Assembly (NCBI GenBank): GCA_019429425.1
Contig: JAHYIU010000002.1
Location: 185-64,184, forward strand
DNA length: 64,000 nucleotides
Origin: Candidatus Syntrophosphaera sp.
Lineage (GTDB): Bacteria; Cloacimonadota; Cloacimonadia; Cloacimonadales; Cloacimonadaceae
Reading direction: 5' to 3'
Position 1 is the stretch's first letter. Each line of letters opens with the position of its first letter. Shown here in pieces: positions 42,543 through 51,657 of this stretch. The notes below the pieces were generated by a model, which was not told the DNA's origin, did not search any database, and worked only from the letters and a program-made list of their open reading frames with translations. The position numbers and the translations under genes are program-made.

Positions 42543-44753
42543 ATGAACAAATACACTGTGCTCGCGATCTTTCTACTGTGCTTGTCGGCTTTGTCTTCCC
42601 AGCCTTGGGAACAGGACAATTCTGTTTTCAATCCCAGCGGAGTGCCCAGCCTCACCTTTTCCCAGCCCCGCTTTGCCGACCTCGATGGCGACGGGGACCT
42701 GGACTTTTTCCTGGGCAACACCAACCGTTCGCCCCTATACATCCAAAACACCGGCACAGCAAGCTCTCCGGCCTTCGCGCCCGGCCCGGACCTGGCCGCG
42801 GGAATCTCCTCACTGGCCGCGGAAATGGGAGTCTGTGCTGACCTCGACGCGGATGGCGACCTGGACTTCATCACCGGCGGCTACACCGGACTGCATCTTT
42901 TCCTGAACACCGGAAGCCCCACGGAGCCTGTGTTTGTCCAACAACCGGGCTTCTTCTCCGGACTGGCGGTGGGCTCCATTCCCGTGCCTGATCTGGCGGA
43001 TGTGGACGGCGACGGCGATCTGGACCTGGTCGTGGGCCTCAGCGAGGATGGCGGCTTGCTGCTTTATACCAACATCGGAACACCCACCAGCGCCCAGTTC
43101 AGCCAATCCGCAGTACTGACGATCGGCGACGTCGGACTCTACGCCTATCCTGTGTTTTGCGACCTCGATGGCGACGGGGACCAGGACATCCTCGCGGGCA
43201 GGGATTCCCATGGCTTCGTCTATTTCGAAAACATTGGCACCCCCACCGCCGGAAGCTGGCAGCCAAACTCCGCAGTCTTCTCCGGATTGGGCATGCAGAC
43301 CTACTGGAACTCTCCTGACCTGGTTGACCTGAATGGCGACGGCCTTTTTGACCTTGTTTTCGGCACGGCCTCCGGACCGCTGCAGTATTACGTCAATACA
43401 GGTACCGCCACAAACCCCGTCTGGCAGGCCAACACCTCTCTGTTCGGCGGAGTCATTGACGTCGGCGGGGCTAGCTCTCCGGTCTTTTATGACTTTGATG
43501 GCGATGGTGACCTCGACCTGATCAGCGGCAGCCAGATGGGCGACATCAAATATTATGAAAACACCGGCAGCATCCACGCTCCCGCCTGGAGCGAAAACAG
43601 CGCCTATTTTTCCAGCATCGACCATTCCATCTATGCCGCAGTGGCCATCGGCGACCTAAACGGAGACGGGCTGCCGGACGCGGTGATCGGCGACCTCAGC
43701 GGAAACCTCTATTTCCACCGCAACACGGGTTTTGGCTTCAACGAAGAAACCGGAATGCTGCCCAATGCCAGTTTCGGAGGCTGGTCCGTACCCCGCCTTA
43801 TCGACATGGACTCAGACGGGGACCTGGACCTGGTGGTGGGCAATGAGGCTGGAAACCTGCGCTATTTCGAGAACCAGGGCACACCCCAACTTCCAGATTG
43901 GAACGAGGTGAGCGGCTATTTTGGCGCGATCGACGTCGGATCAGATTGCTCCCCGACCCTGGGAGACATCGATGGCGACGGCGATCTGGACCTCTTGGCC
44001 GGCAATCTGTTCGGCAACCTGCAATGCTATCTGCGCGGGGCTTTTGGCTGGACTCTGGACGCAACCCTCTTTGCCGGCATTTCCACCGACCAAAACGCCG
44101 CCCCGGCCCTGGCAGACCTTGACCACGATGGAGACCTCGACCTCGTTTTGGGCGATTACGACGGCACTTTCAGCTTCTGGCGCAACCTGATGTATTCTGA
44201 CGCGGTGCTCAATCCGCCCCAAAACCTGGCCGTGGATATCTCTAATAGCAACGTTTTGCTGCTCTGGGACCCGCCCGCTCCGGGCAGTACTTCGCCCTTC
44301 GAACACTACCAGGTTTGGCTGGACGGCGAATTTCAGGGCGGCACGGGGATGGAATCCTGGATCCTGAACGACCTCGCGGGGGGCCAGACCTACTTCGTCC
44401 AGGTCATCGCCCAATATATTGCGGGAGAATCAGTTCCAGCCGCGTTTGAATTTTCCCTGGCCGCTTCCGACGACCCCCAGCAGCCGGCTTTGGCCCTCTG
44501 CAACTATCCCAATCCCTTCAACCCCAACACCACTATCTCCTTCAGCGTGGAAGGCCCCGGCCTGGCTTCACTGCGGATCTACTCCTACCGCGGCCAGCTC
44601 GTAAAAGCATGGGATGGCTTCGCCTTTGGAATTCACAATGTTGCCTGGGACGGCCGCGACGAGCAAGGCAAGCCCGTCAGCAGCGGAGTTTACTTTTATC
44701 GCCTGGAAAGCGGAAACCGGATCCAGAACCGCAAGATGCTGCTCCTGAAATGA
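42543..44753 (+). CDS. FG-GAP/VCBS-repeat (integrin-alpha-like beta-propeller) protein with Fn3 module and T9SS C-terminal sorting domain
   Basis: Start trimmed to MNKYTVLAIFLLCLSALSSQ. At least 10 repeats of DLDGDGDLDxxxG. C-terminus is NYPNPFNPNTTISF...GVYFYRL...RKMLLLK. Confidence 0.85.
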   Translation: MNKYTVLAIFLLCLSALSSQPWEQDNSVFNPSGVPSLTFSQPRFADLDGDGDLDFFLGNTNRSPLYIQNTGTASSPAFAPGPDLAAGISSLAAEMGVCADLDADGDLDFITGGYTGLHLFLNTGSPTEPVFVQQPGFFSGLAVGSIPVPDLADVDGDGDLDLVVGLSEDGGLLLYTNIGTPTSAQFSQSAVLTIGDVGLYAYPVFCDLDGDGDQDILAGRDSHGFVYFENIGTPTAGSWQPNSAVFSGLGMQTYWNSPDLVDLNGDGLFDLVFGTASGPLQYYVNTGTATNPVWQANTSLFGGVIDVGGASSPVFYDFDGDGDLDLISGSQMGDIKYYENTGSIHAPAWSENSAYFSSIDHSIYAAVAIGDLNGDGLPDAVIGDLSGNLYFHRNTGFGFNEETGMLPNASFGGWSVPRLIDMDSDGDLDLVVGNEAGNLRYFENQGTPQLPDWNEVSGYFGAIDVGSDCSPTLGDIDGDGDLDLLAGNLFGNLQCYLRGAFGWTLDATLFAGISTDQNAAPALADLDHDGDLDLVLGDYDGTFSFWRNLMYSDAVLNPPQNLAVDISNSNVLLLWDPPAPGSTSPFEHYQVWLDGEFQGGTGMESWILNDLAGGQTYFVQVIAQYIAGESVPAAFEFSLAASDDPQQPALALCNYPNPFNPNTTISFSVEGPGLASLRIYSYRGQLVKAWDGFAFGIHNVAWDGRDEQGKPVSSGVYFYRLESGNRIQNRKMLLLK

Positions 44754-44763
44754 GCCCGCGCCG

Positions 44764-45582
44764 ATGCTGAACCTGGTCCTGAGCGTCCTCTGTTCGGTGC
44801 TGATCGCCAATCTGCTGATGGTTTTCAACCGCGGCGGAAGGATCAGCATTTTGCCCATCTTCTTGGGTAACTACCTGATGGCGGGGATCTTCAGCTATGC
44901 CAGCCTGCCGTCCGGAAGGCTGGTAGGATTGCCGGCCTTCGACATCCTCTTCGGGATCCTCACCGGGTCTTTCTTCCTGGCCAATTTCTGGGTTTACCAG
45001 CGCTCCATCGTTGTCAACGGGCTCTCGCTTTCGGTGGGCGTGATGCGCATCGCCATGATCGTCCCGATCCTTCTGGCGGTGGCGGTTTTCCGGGAAAGCC
45101 TGGGCCTCTGGAACATTCTGGGGATCGGGCTGGGTTTGGCCGCTTTCGGGCTCAAGGCCAACCCCAGGGAACTGCATAACCTGCTCTGGATATTGGGTCT
45201 GTTCCTCATTTCCGGGCTCACGGACGCCAGCCTTAAGGTCTACAAGGAGCTGGGCAGCGGGGCTGAGCCAGCCTTTGTGTTCATCATCTTCAGTTCCGCT
45301 TTCGTCTTCACCCTCGGCGCGATCCTGCTGGCCAGGATCCCCGTCACCCTCAAAAGCATCCTCCTGGGCCTGGCTTTGGGCATTCCCAACCGCTATTCCA
45401 CCGTCTTTTTCCTCAAGGGGCTGGATAGCGTCCCGGCTGCCATCGCCTATCCCCTGGTGGCCGTTTCCATCGTGCTTTTGAGCATCATCAGCGACCTGGC
45501 GCTCTGGAAAAAGCAGGCCTCCCGGCGCGATATGCTGCTCTGGGCCCTGCTGGTGCTCAGTTTGCTGCTGCTCAACCTGTAG
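44764..45582 (+). CDS. Polytopic inner-membrane protein, DMT/EamA-like transporter (tentative)
   Basis: 272 aa, with 8-10 hydrophobic helices in two similar halves. The opposite-strand 343-aa ORF is charged low-complexity sequence, typical of the shadow of a membrane gene. Confidence 0.55.
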   Translation: MLNLVLSVLCSVLIANLLMVFNRGGRISILPIFLGNYLMAGIFSYASLPSGRLVGLPAFDILFGILTGSFFLANFWVYQRSIVVNGLSLSVGVMRIAMIVPILLAVAVFRESLGLWNILGIGLGLAAFGLKANPRELHNLLWILGLFLISGLTDASLKVYKELGSGAEPAFVFIIFSSAFVFTLGAILLARIPVTLKSILLGLALGIPNRYSTVFFLKGLDSVPAAIAYPLVAVSIVLLSIISDLALWKKQASRRDMLLWALLVLSLLLLNL

Positions 45583-45782
45583 ATCAATCTCAGCCGGTTC
45601 AATTTGGCAGGCCGATTGCCAAGTAGGATTGGAAAACCCATCCAGAGCCTGACCACACCCGCTGGCCAGAACCATATACTTCACTGCTGTACAGTGACAT
45701 AGATACAATAGTGATTAACGATACTCACGCTATCGAGGTATCTCCAAGCCAGCCATAGATTTACACCGTCCACACTCCTGTC

Positions 45783-45873
45783 GCCCTCCTTATCAATACG
45801 GTGTCAATACGGACTCATTACGGACAAAGTCCGTAGTGAGTCCGTAATGATAGCGTATTGATAAGGGGGGCCA
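45783..45873. repeat. Hairpin repeat family 2, copy A
   Basis: CGCCCTCC (45783-45790) abuts a 38-nt arm (45789-45826). The arm contains the 11-nt units TCAATACGGTG/TCAATACGGAC/TCATTACGGAC. Centre AAA, then a 38-nt arm (45830-45867; 33/38 paired), then GGGGGGCC. It lies between the convergent ends of the membrane-protein gene and phoU. Confidence 0.85.
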
Positions 45874-45904
45874 CCCCTCTCAGATTCCTATCGGTAAAGG
45901 GACC

Positions 45905-46558
45905 TCAAGCGTCGTCCTGGTGGTGTTTGATGACCTTGCCTATGGCCAGGTAGATGGTGTTTTCAGCGATGTTGGTGGAGAGGTCGCCGGTACGCTCGAG
46001 GTTTTTGGCGATGCGCAGGAGGTGGAGATAGCGCTCCGTGAGTTCCGGGCTGGCTTTGATCAGTTCCACCAAGTGGTGGTAGATCCTGCGGTTGAAGTCA
46101 TCCACGACGTTGTCCGCGTCGCAGACCGCGCGGGATTGCTCCACATCCTCCCTGGCAAAGGCGTCCAGGCTGTTCCTGAGCATGGCGAGGACGGAGTTTT
46201 TCATCTCCGCCAGTTCCGGCAGCTGGGCCAGCACGGGATAGCCGAGCAGATGCCCGACGCTTTCAGCTATGTTGACAGCCTGGTCGCCGAGGCGCTCGAG
46301 GTCGTTGTTGATCTTGTAGATCATCAGGATCAGGCGCAGGTCCTTGGCTTCCGGCTGATGGAGAGCGATGGCGGCGGTGCATTTGTTTTCCAGTTCCAGT
46401 TCGATCTGGTTGACCCTCTCCTCAAAGACCAGAACGTCCCGCAGGAGGCTTTCGCTTCGGGTGTAGAGGCCGTCGATGGACATGCAGACCATCTTTTCCA
46501 CGAGGGAAGCCTCGGACATCAGCAATTGCTTTAATTCCAATATTTTCATCTGTAGCAT
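45905..46558 (-). CDS. phoU: Phosphate transport system regulatory protein PhoU
   Basis: 217 aa. Duplicated PhoU repeats ending ERLGDQAVNIAE and ERTGDLSTNIAE. Confidence 0.9.
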   Translation of the reverse strand: MLQMKILELKQLLMSEASLVEKMVCMSIDGLYTRSESLLRDVLVFEERVNQIELELENKCTAAIALHQPEAKDLRLILMIYKINNDLERLGDQAVNIAESVGHLLGYPVLAQLPELAEMKNSVLAMLRNSLDAFAREDVEQSRAVCDADNVVDDFNRRIYHHLVELIKASPELTERYLHLLRIAKNLERTGDLSTNIAENTIYLAIGKVIKHHQDDA

Positions 46559-46571
46559 CTTTTCTCCTTGA

Positions 46572-47330
46572 TCAACCGAAAACGCCGGTCAGATATGCTT
46601 CGGTGCGCTTGTCCGCCGGGACGGTGAACATCTTTTCCGTGCTGTCGAACTCCACCAGTTCGCCCAGATACATGAACGCGGTGTGGTCGGAAATCCGGCC
46701 TGCCTGGGCCACATTGTGGGTGACGATGAGAATTGTCACGCTTTTTTTCAGTTCCAGGCAGAGTTCCTCGATCTTGGCCGTGGACTGGGGATCGAGGGCT
46801 GAGGTGGGCTCGTCCAAAAGCAGGACCTGGGGGCGGTTCGCCAGGGCCCGCGCGATGCAGAGCCTTTGCTGCTGACCGCCGGAAAGGCACATGGCGGAAT
46901 GGTTCAGCCGGTCCTTCACCTCATCCCAAAGCCAGGCTGCTCTGAGGCTTTCCTCGACGCGGTCCACGATCTCGCTTTTGGCGTGCTTTCCCTGGATATG
47001 CAAGCCGTAGGCCACGTTGTTGAAGATCGTTTTGGGAAAGGGATTGGGCTTTTGGAAAACCATGCCCACCCGGGCGCGGATGGTGGTGACGTCGGTCTTG
47101 GGGGCGTAGATATCCTCGTCTCCGAGGGTGACGCGGCCTTCGATGCGGGTTTGCGGGATGAGGTCGTTCATGCGGTTGAAACAGCGGAGCAGAGTGGATT
47201 TCCCGCAGCCGGAGGGACCGATCATGGCCGTGACCCGGTTGCTGTAGACGGGCAGGTTGACATCGTGCAGGACGTGGTTCTTTCCGAACCAGAGGTTAAG
47301 GTCTGAGGTCTGTATCTGTGCGGTTACCAT
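46572..47330 (-). CDS. pstB: Phosphate ABC transporter ATP-binding protein PstB
   Basis: 252 aa. Walker [10 protein letters not shown], signature LSGGQQQRL, Walker [12 protein letters not shown]. PstB-type N-terminus and C-terminal YLTGVFG. Confidence 0.95.
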   Translation of the reverse strand: MVTAQIQTSDLNLWFGKNHVLHDVNLPVYSNRVTAMIGPSGCGKSTLLRCFNRMNDLIPQTRIEGRVTLGDEDIYAPKTDVTTIRARVGMVFQKPNPFPKTIFNNVAYGLHIQGKHAKSEIVDRVEESLRAAWLWDEVKDRLNHSAMCLSGGQQQRLCIARALANRPQVLLLDEPTSALDPQSTAKIEELCLELKKSVTILIVTHNVAQAGRISDHTAFMYLGELVEFDSTEKMFTVPADKRTEAYLTGVFG

Positions 47331-48178
47331 TGTCTTTTTCTCCTGATTGAAGACCGGACCAGGATCGCGACGGCGCTGATGACCAGCACCAGGATCAGCA
47401 GGACCAGCGCGGTCCCGTAAGCGATCGGGACCTGGGCCTTGGGATGGGTTCCCTCGGTCATGAGGGCGTAAATATGATAGGGCAGGGCCATCACTTCATC
47501 GGAAAGGCCCTGCGGTAGGCGGCGAGTGTAAAAAGTGGCCGCGGTGAACATGATGGGTGCGGTTTCCCCGGCGACGCGGCCGATGCTGATGATCGCGCCG
47601 GTGAGGATATTGGGCAAGGCGGTGGGCAGCAGGACCCGGGTGATGGTCTGCCGCGGCGTGGCTCCCAGGGCCAGCGAGGCGTCGCGAAAGTCCACCGGAA
47701 CGCTTCTGATGGCCTCTTCGGTGTTGTTGATGATCACCGGCAGGGCCAGGATCGCCAATGTCAGCCCGCCGGCCAGCAGGGATACGTCCATGTTCATTAA
47801 ATTCACGAACACCGCCATGCCGAACAGCCCGAAAATGATCGAAGGCGTCCCAGCCAAAGTGTTGATGGCGACCCGCAGAACGCGCACCAGCCAGAGCGGC
47901 TTTCCATAATTGGTGAGCCAGATCGCGGTAAAAACTCCCAGCGGCAAGGCCACCAGCATGGCCAGGCCGGTGAGCAGAAAGGTTCCCACCAGCGCGGGCC
48001 AGATACCGCCTTTGGTCATGGCCGCGCGGGGCGCCGTGAACAGGAATTCCCAGCTCAGGACAGACCATCCCTGGGAGAAAATGCGCACTAAAAACAAGAG
48101 CAGAAAGAGGGCCGTGAGCAGCAGCATTCCGCCTAAAATGCCGGTCGCCAGATGGTTCGTGAGTTTGCGCCGGGTCAT
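47324..48178 (-). CDS. pstA: Phosphate ABC transporter permease PstA
   Basis: 284 aa with 6 TM helices. EAA-loop-like region [16 protein letters not shown]. Position between pstC and pstB. Confidence 0.9.
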   Translation of the reverse strand: MTRRKLTNHLATGILGGMLLLTALFLLLFLVRIFSQGWSVLSWEFLFTAPRAAMTKGGIWPALVGTFLLTGLAMLVALPLGVFTAIWLTNYGKPLWLVRVLRVAINTLAGTPSIIFGLFGMAVFVNLMNMDVSLLAGGLTLAILALPVIINNTEEAIRSVPVDFRDASLALGATPRQTITRVLLPTALPNILTGAIISIGRVAGETAPIMFTAATFYTRRLPQGLSDEVMALPYHIYALMTEGTHPKAQVPIAYGTALVLLILVLVISAVAILVRSSIRRKRQW

Positions 48179-49044
48179 TTGGGCCTCTTGGAAAGGAACA
48201 CCAATTCGGTGACCAGGTTGGAAACGAAGGTGATCAGAAAGAGCAGGATGGCCAGGGCGAATAGGGATCTGTAGTGCAGGTCTCCCATCACGGTCTCACC
48301 CATCTCCGCGGCAATGGTGGAAGTGAGCGGACGCGCTGAATCAAAGACGGAACGCGGGATGCGGGCAGCGCCTCCAGCCACCATCAGCACCACCATCGTT
48401 TCCCCAATGGCGCGTCCGAAACCCAGCAGCACGCTGCCAATGATGCCGCTTTTGGCATAGGGTACCACGGCCTTGAAAATGGTCTCGGAACGCGTGGCAC
48501 CCAGGGCCATGGAGGCTTCGCGGATGCTCTTGGGCACGCTGGAAAGGGCGTCCTCGCTCATGCTGCAGATGATGGGCACGATCATCACGCCCAGGATTAT
48601 CGAGGTCGTGAAGACGTTCAGGCCGGTGTCCAGATTGAACCACTGCCGCACCAGCGGGGCCAAAAAGGCCATGCCGAAAAGGCCGTAGACCACGGAAGGG
48701 ATACCGGCCAATAGCTCGATCACGGGTTTGGCGATCTCGCGCAGGCCGCTGCTGGCGATCTCGGAGATGAAAATTGCGCTGCCCAAACCCAGCGGAATCG
48801 CGATCACCAAAGCTCCAAGGGTAACATACAGCGATCCGGCGATCAGGGCCCAGGCCCCAAATTCCGGTTCCGCGTGGGTGGGATACCAGTTGTTCGTGAA
48901 CAGGAACTGGAATAGATTCACCGTTTTGAAGAGCGGCAGGCCCTCGCGGAAGATCCCGAAAATGATGCCCAACATGGCCGCAATGGTGAACAGGGAGGCC
49001 ACGTAAGTGATTCCCTGGAAAGATCTTTCCTTAAGTGTTTTCAT
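48175..49044 (-). CDS. pstC: Phosphate ABC transporter permease PstC
   Basis: 289 aa with 6 TM helices. ALGATRSETIFKAVVP. Immediately downstream of pstS. Confidence 0.9.
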   Translation of the reverse strand: MKTLKERSFQGITYVASLFTIAAMLGIIFGIFREGLPLFKTVNLFQFLFTNNWYPTHAEPEFGAWALIAGSLYVTLGALVIAIPLGLGSAIFISEIASSGLREIAKPVIELLAGIPSVVYGLFGMAFLAPLVRQWFNLDTGLNVFTTSIILGVMIVPIICSMSEDALSSVPKSIREASMALGATRSETIFKAVVPYAKSGIIGSVLLGFGRAIGETMVVLMVAGGAARIPRSVFDSARPLTSTIAAEMGETVMGDLHYRSLFALAILLFLITFVSNLVTELVFLSKRPK

Positions 49045-49121
49045 ATCCTCCCCTTCCTGCGGGAGCCAGGGCTCCCGCTATCTGAGGGTGTCTTGCAGTC
49101 CTTGAATTGATGGCTTTCAAA

Positions 49122-49934
49122 CTAATTCAGGGTGATGAAGCCCTGGGCCTGGACGATCTTCTGCCCGGCCGAAGATTGGATGAAGGCCAGGTATTTGTTG
49201 ACGTTGCCGGTGGCCTTGCCGTTGGTGTACATGTAGAGTTTGCGGGAAAGCTGGTAGCTGCCGTCCTTGACGGTCTTTTCGCTGGCTTCGGTCCCGTTCA
49301 CGGAGAGGGTCTTGACCTCGTCGGTCAGATAGCCGAGCCCCACGTAGCCGATGGCACCTGGCGTGCTGCCAACCGTGGTCGCGATGGCGTTGTTGGAGGC
49401 CAGAAGCTGGGCGGAGGGATCGACCTTGGCGCCGTTGAGAGCCTTGTCATTGAACACTTCGAAGGTGCCGGAGGCCACGTCACGGGATATCACGACTATT
49501 GGCAGCTTGGGCCCGCCCACGGCGCTCCAGTCCTTGATCTTGCCGGTGTAGATGTCCCGGATCTGCGCAACGGTGAGGTTCTTCACGGGATTTGATCTGT
49601 GCGCGATGATGGCGATGCCGTCCAGGGCGACCGCGTACGGCGTGGGATTTATGCCTTTGGACTTGGCCTGGGTGAGTTCCTTGGATTTCATGGGACGGCT
49701 GGAATTGGCGATCTGCACGGTGCCGTTTTGCAGGGCGGCGATCCCGACGCCCGATCCGCCGCCGCGGATGGAGATGTTGATGTCTGGATTCAGGTCCATG
49801 AAGGCTTCCGCGGTGGCCTGGGCGATCGGCAGCACGGTGGTGGAGCCAGAACAGGTGATGGTGTTTCTTTGCGCCAGAAGGGGCAGGATGCCCAGCACAA
49901 GGGCGAGGATGAGGACGATGATCTTATTATGCAT
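49122..49934 (-). CDS. pstS: Phosphate-binding protein PstS
   Basis: Start trimmed to MHNKIIVLILALVLGILPLLAQ. GSTTVLPIAQ, GGGSGVGI and SRDVASGT motifs of PstS-family PBPs. Confidence 0.9.
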   Translation of the reverse strand: MHNKIIVLILALVLGILPLLAQRNTITCSGSTTVLPIAQATAEAFMDLNPDINISIRGGGSGVGIAALQNGTVQIANSSRPMKSKELTQAKSKGINPTPYAVALDGIAIIAHRSNPVKNLTVAQIRDIYTGKIKDWSAVGGPKLPIVVISRDVASGTFEVFNDKALNGAKVDPSAQLLASNNAIATTVGSTPGAIGYVGLGYLTDEVKTLSVNGTEASEKTVKDGSYQLSRKLYMYTNGKATGNVNKYLAFIQSSAGQKIVQAQGFITLN

Positions 49935-49945
49935 GGTGTTTACTC

Positions 49946-51025
49946 CTATTTGATGGTTTTGGAAAAGCGCCATTTAAGCTGCAGCATCAGGGTGGTGGAA
50001 TCCGCGGATTCGCTCACGCTATTGCTTTTGGCGGTATAGTTCAGTTGCAATTGCATGGCCGGCACGGCGCTGGCGTTGTGCATGAAGTTGTAGTTCACTC
50101 CGCCGGTAAGTGTTGTGAGGATGTTTTCGTTGGCAGAGCTGTCGGTGGGGTCATATCTGTCGTAGCGGCCGATCAAATCGATATCGGCACCGGCGATCTT
50201 CTTGAGATTAAGGCTGGGCATGACCATCAGGGCGTTGGCCGTATGGTCTTTGCCGCTGTCATGAGGATAGCTCACATCTTTGGAAAGGTATTCCACCCAG
50301 AGGTCCACAGGGCCGTAAGCCGCGCGCAGAAGGCCGTCCAGCAGCATCTGGGTGTTGCGGTTGGCATTGTCCGTGGCGTCGGCCAGAAGCTGGTCCCTCT
50401 CGCTGCTGTTGGCCATGATCGAGCCACCGATGGTTATTCCGGCGAGCGGGGTCAGGCGCAGGTTGGCCAGCAGGGCGGGGTCGATGTTGTCCTTGAGGTT
50501 GATGCCGTAAGCTTTATAGCCTTCGCCATTGTACATGCCCAGGGCGTATTCACCCCAGCCGCCGGGAATGTAGCCATTCAGGGTGATACCGTAATCGGCG
50601 GAATTGGCGAACTTGTATTCATCAGAGGGCGCCTTGCCGATCAGCTTGTAGTTCCAGTCATAGATCGTGCCGAAATAGACTTTCTGCAATCCGACAGTCG
50701 TGGTCAGGTCCGGCACGGGGATCAAATGGGAAAAATCCAGATAGGCGTATTTGAGTTTGAGCCCGGCGCCGTCCTTGATCAGGTCGGTGCTGAAGATGTC
50801 AACCGTGAAGCGGCCTTTGACGGTTTCACTGAATTTGGGTTCCAGGCCGAGATAGCCGCGTTCTAGCGAAAAGAAGTTCTTGAGGGTGGCGTCGCTGCCG
50901 TCTGGCGCGGTTCCATTTTCCATTGTCCAGCGGTTCCACATTTCCCCGGCAATTTTCAATTCCTGTGCCGTCAGGCCTGCCAGCAGCAGGATTCCCAGCA
51001 CTGTTAGCATGAGCAGTTTTTTCAT
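49946..51025 (-). CDS. Outer-membrane porin (possibly phosphate-selective OprO/P-like), first gene of the pst operon
   Basis: 359 aa with signal peptide MKKLLMLTVLGILLLAGLTAQ. Alternating amphipathic strands throughout, and an aromatic-rich C-terminal strand LMLQLKWRF. The function is inferred from operon position only. Confidence 0.55.
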   Translation of the reverse strand: MKKLLMLTVLGILLLAGLTAQELKIAGEMWNRWTMENGTAPDGSDATLKNFFSLERGYLGLEPKFSETVKGRFTVDIFSTDLIKDGAGLKLKYAYLDFSHLIPVPDLTTTVGLQKVYFGTIYDWNYKLIGKAPSDEYKFANSADYGITLNGYIPGGWGEYALGMYNGEGYKAYGINLKDNIDPALLANLRLTPLAGITIGGSIMANSSERDQLLADATDNANRNTQMLLDGLLRAAYGPVDLWVEYLSKDVSYPHDSGKDHTANALMVMPSLNLKKIAGADIDLIGRYDRYDPTDSSANENILTTLTGGVNYNFMHNASAVPAMQLQLNYTAKSNSVSESADSTTLMLQLKWRFSKTIK

Positions 51026-51074
51026 GTTTTACTCCTGTTTCCTTGTTAAGGTCTGCTCTGTTATACGCTGGAAA

Positions 51075-51112
51075 TGTTAGGATTTTATAAGGCTGGGGTT
51101 AAGAATTGTTAA
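51075..51112 (-). promoter_or_regulatory. Pho-box-like array upstream of porin-pstSCAB-phoU
   Basis: Minus strand reads TTAACA-attc-TTAACC-ccagcc-TTATAA-aatc-CTAACA. These four hexamers have ~10-12-nt phasing and lie 50-87 nt upstream of the porin start. They resemble the TT(A/T/C)ACA PhoP/PhoB direct repeats. Confidence 0.5.
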
Positions 51113-51129
51113 CTTTGCTGAGTTGGGGA

Positions 51130-51657
51130 TCAGAGGGTGTGCTTAAGCCGGCGCAGAGCTTTGCCGCGCAGCTGTTTAACTCGCTCCACGGGTATCTGCA
51201 GGGCTTGGGAGATTTCCTTTAAGGTGAGCTTATCCTGGCATGAGAGGATCAGTATCTGGCGCTCCAGAGGAGGAATTCCTGCGGGCAATATCAGGTCTGA
51301 ATCCCGTACTGGAGCGGGATTCGGATCTGGCATGGCTTCGAGGTCCTCTTGGGCGAGGGTTCCAATGTCATGAAACGCCTCTGCCTCTTTTTGCAAGGCC
51401 AGCAAGACCTGTTTTTTGATCCACCAGACAGCATAGGTGGAGAATTGCGCGCCCTTGTCCGGTTGGAACCTGCGGGCAGCCTGGATCAGCCCCAAAAGCG
51501 CCTCCTGGCGCAGGTCTTCGAGAGGAACGCCCCGGTTTTTATACTGGTTGGCTATGCCATGGGCCAGTTTGCCATGCTCTGACAGGATCTGATCCAGAGA
51601 AAGGGATTCGCTTTCGGGACATGATCCGTTAATAGGGAGTCCGGCCGGTTTGTTCAT
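51130..51657 (-). CDS. Small sigma-70-family RNA polymerase sigma factor (regions 2 and 4 only)
   Basis: 175 aa. Region 2 is DLRQEALLGLIQAARRFQPDKGAQFSTYAVWWIKKQV. Region 4 HTH is LTLKEISQALQIPVERVKQLRGKALRRLK. 4-nt overlap with the phoR stop. Confidence 0.8.
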   Translation of the reverse strand: MNKPAGLPINGSCPESESLSLDQILSEHGKLAHGIANQYKNRGVPLEDLRQEALLGLIQAARRFQPDKGAQFSTYAVWWIKKQVLLALQKEAEAFHDIGTLAQEDLEAMPDPNPAPVRDSDLILPAGIPPLERQILILSCQDKLTLKEISQALQIPVERVKQLRGKALRRLKHTL

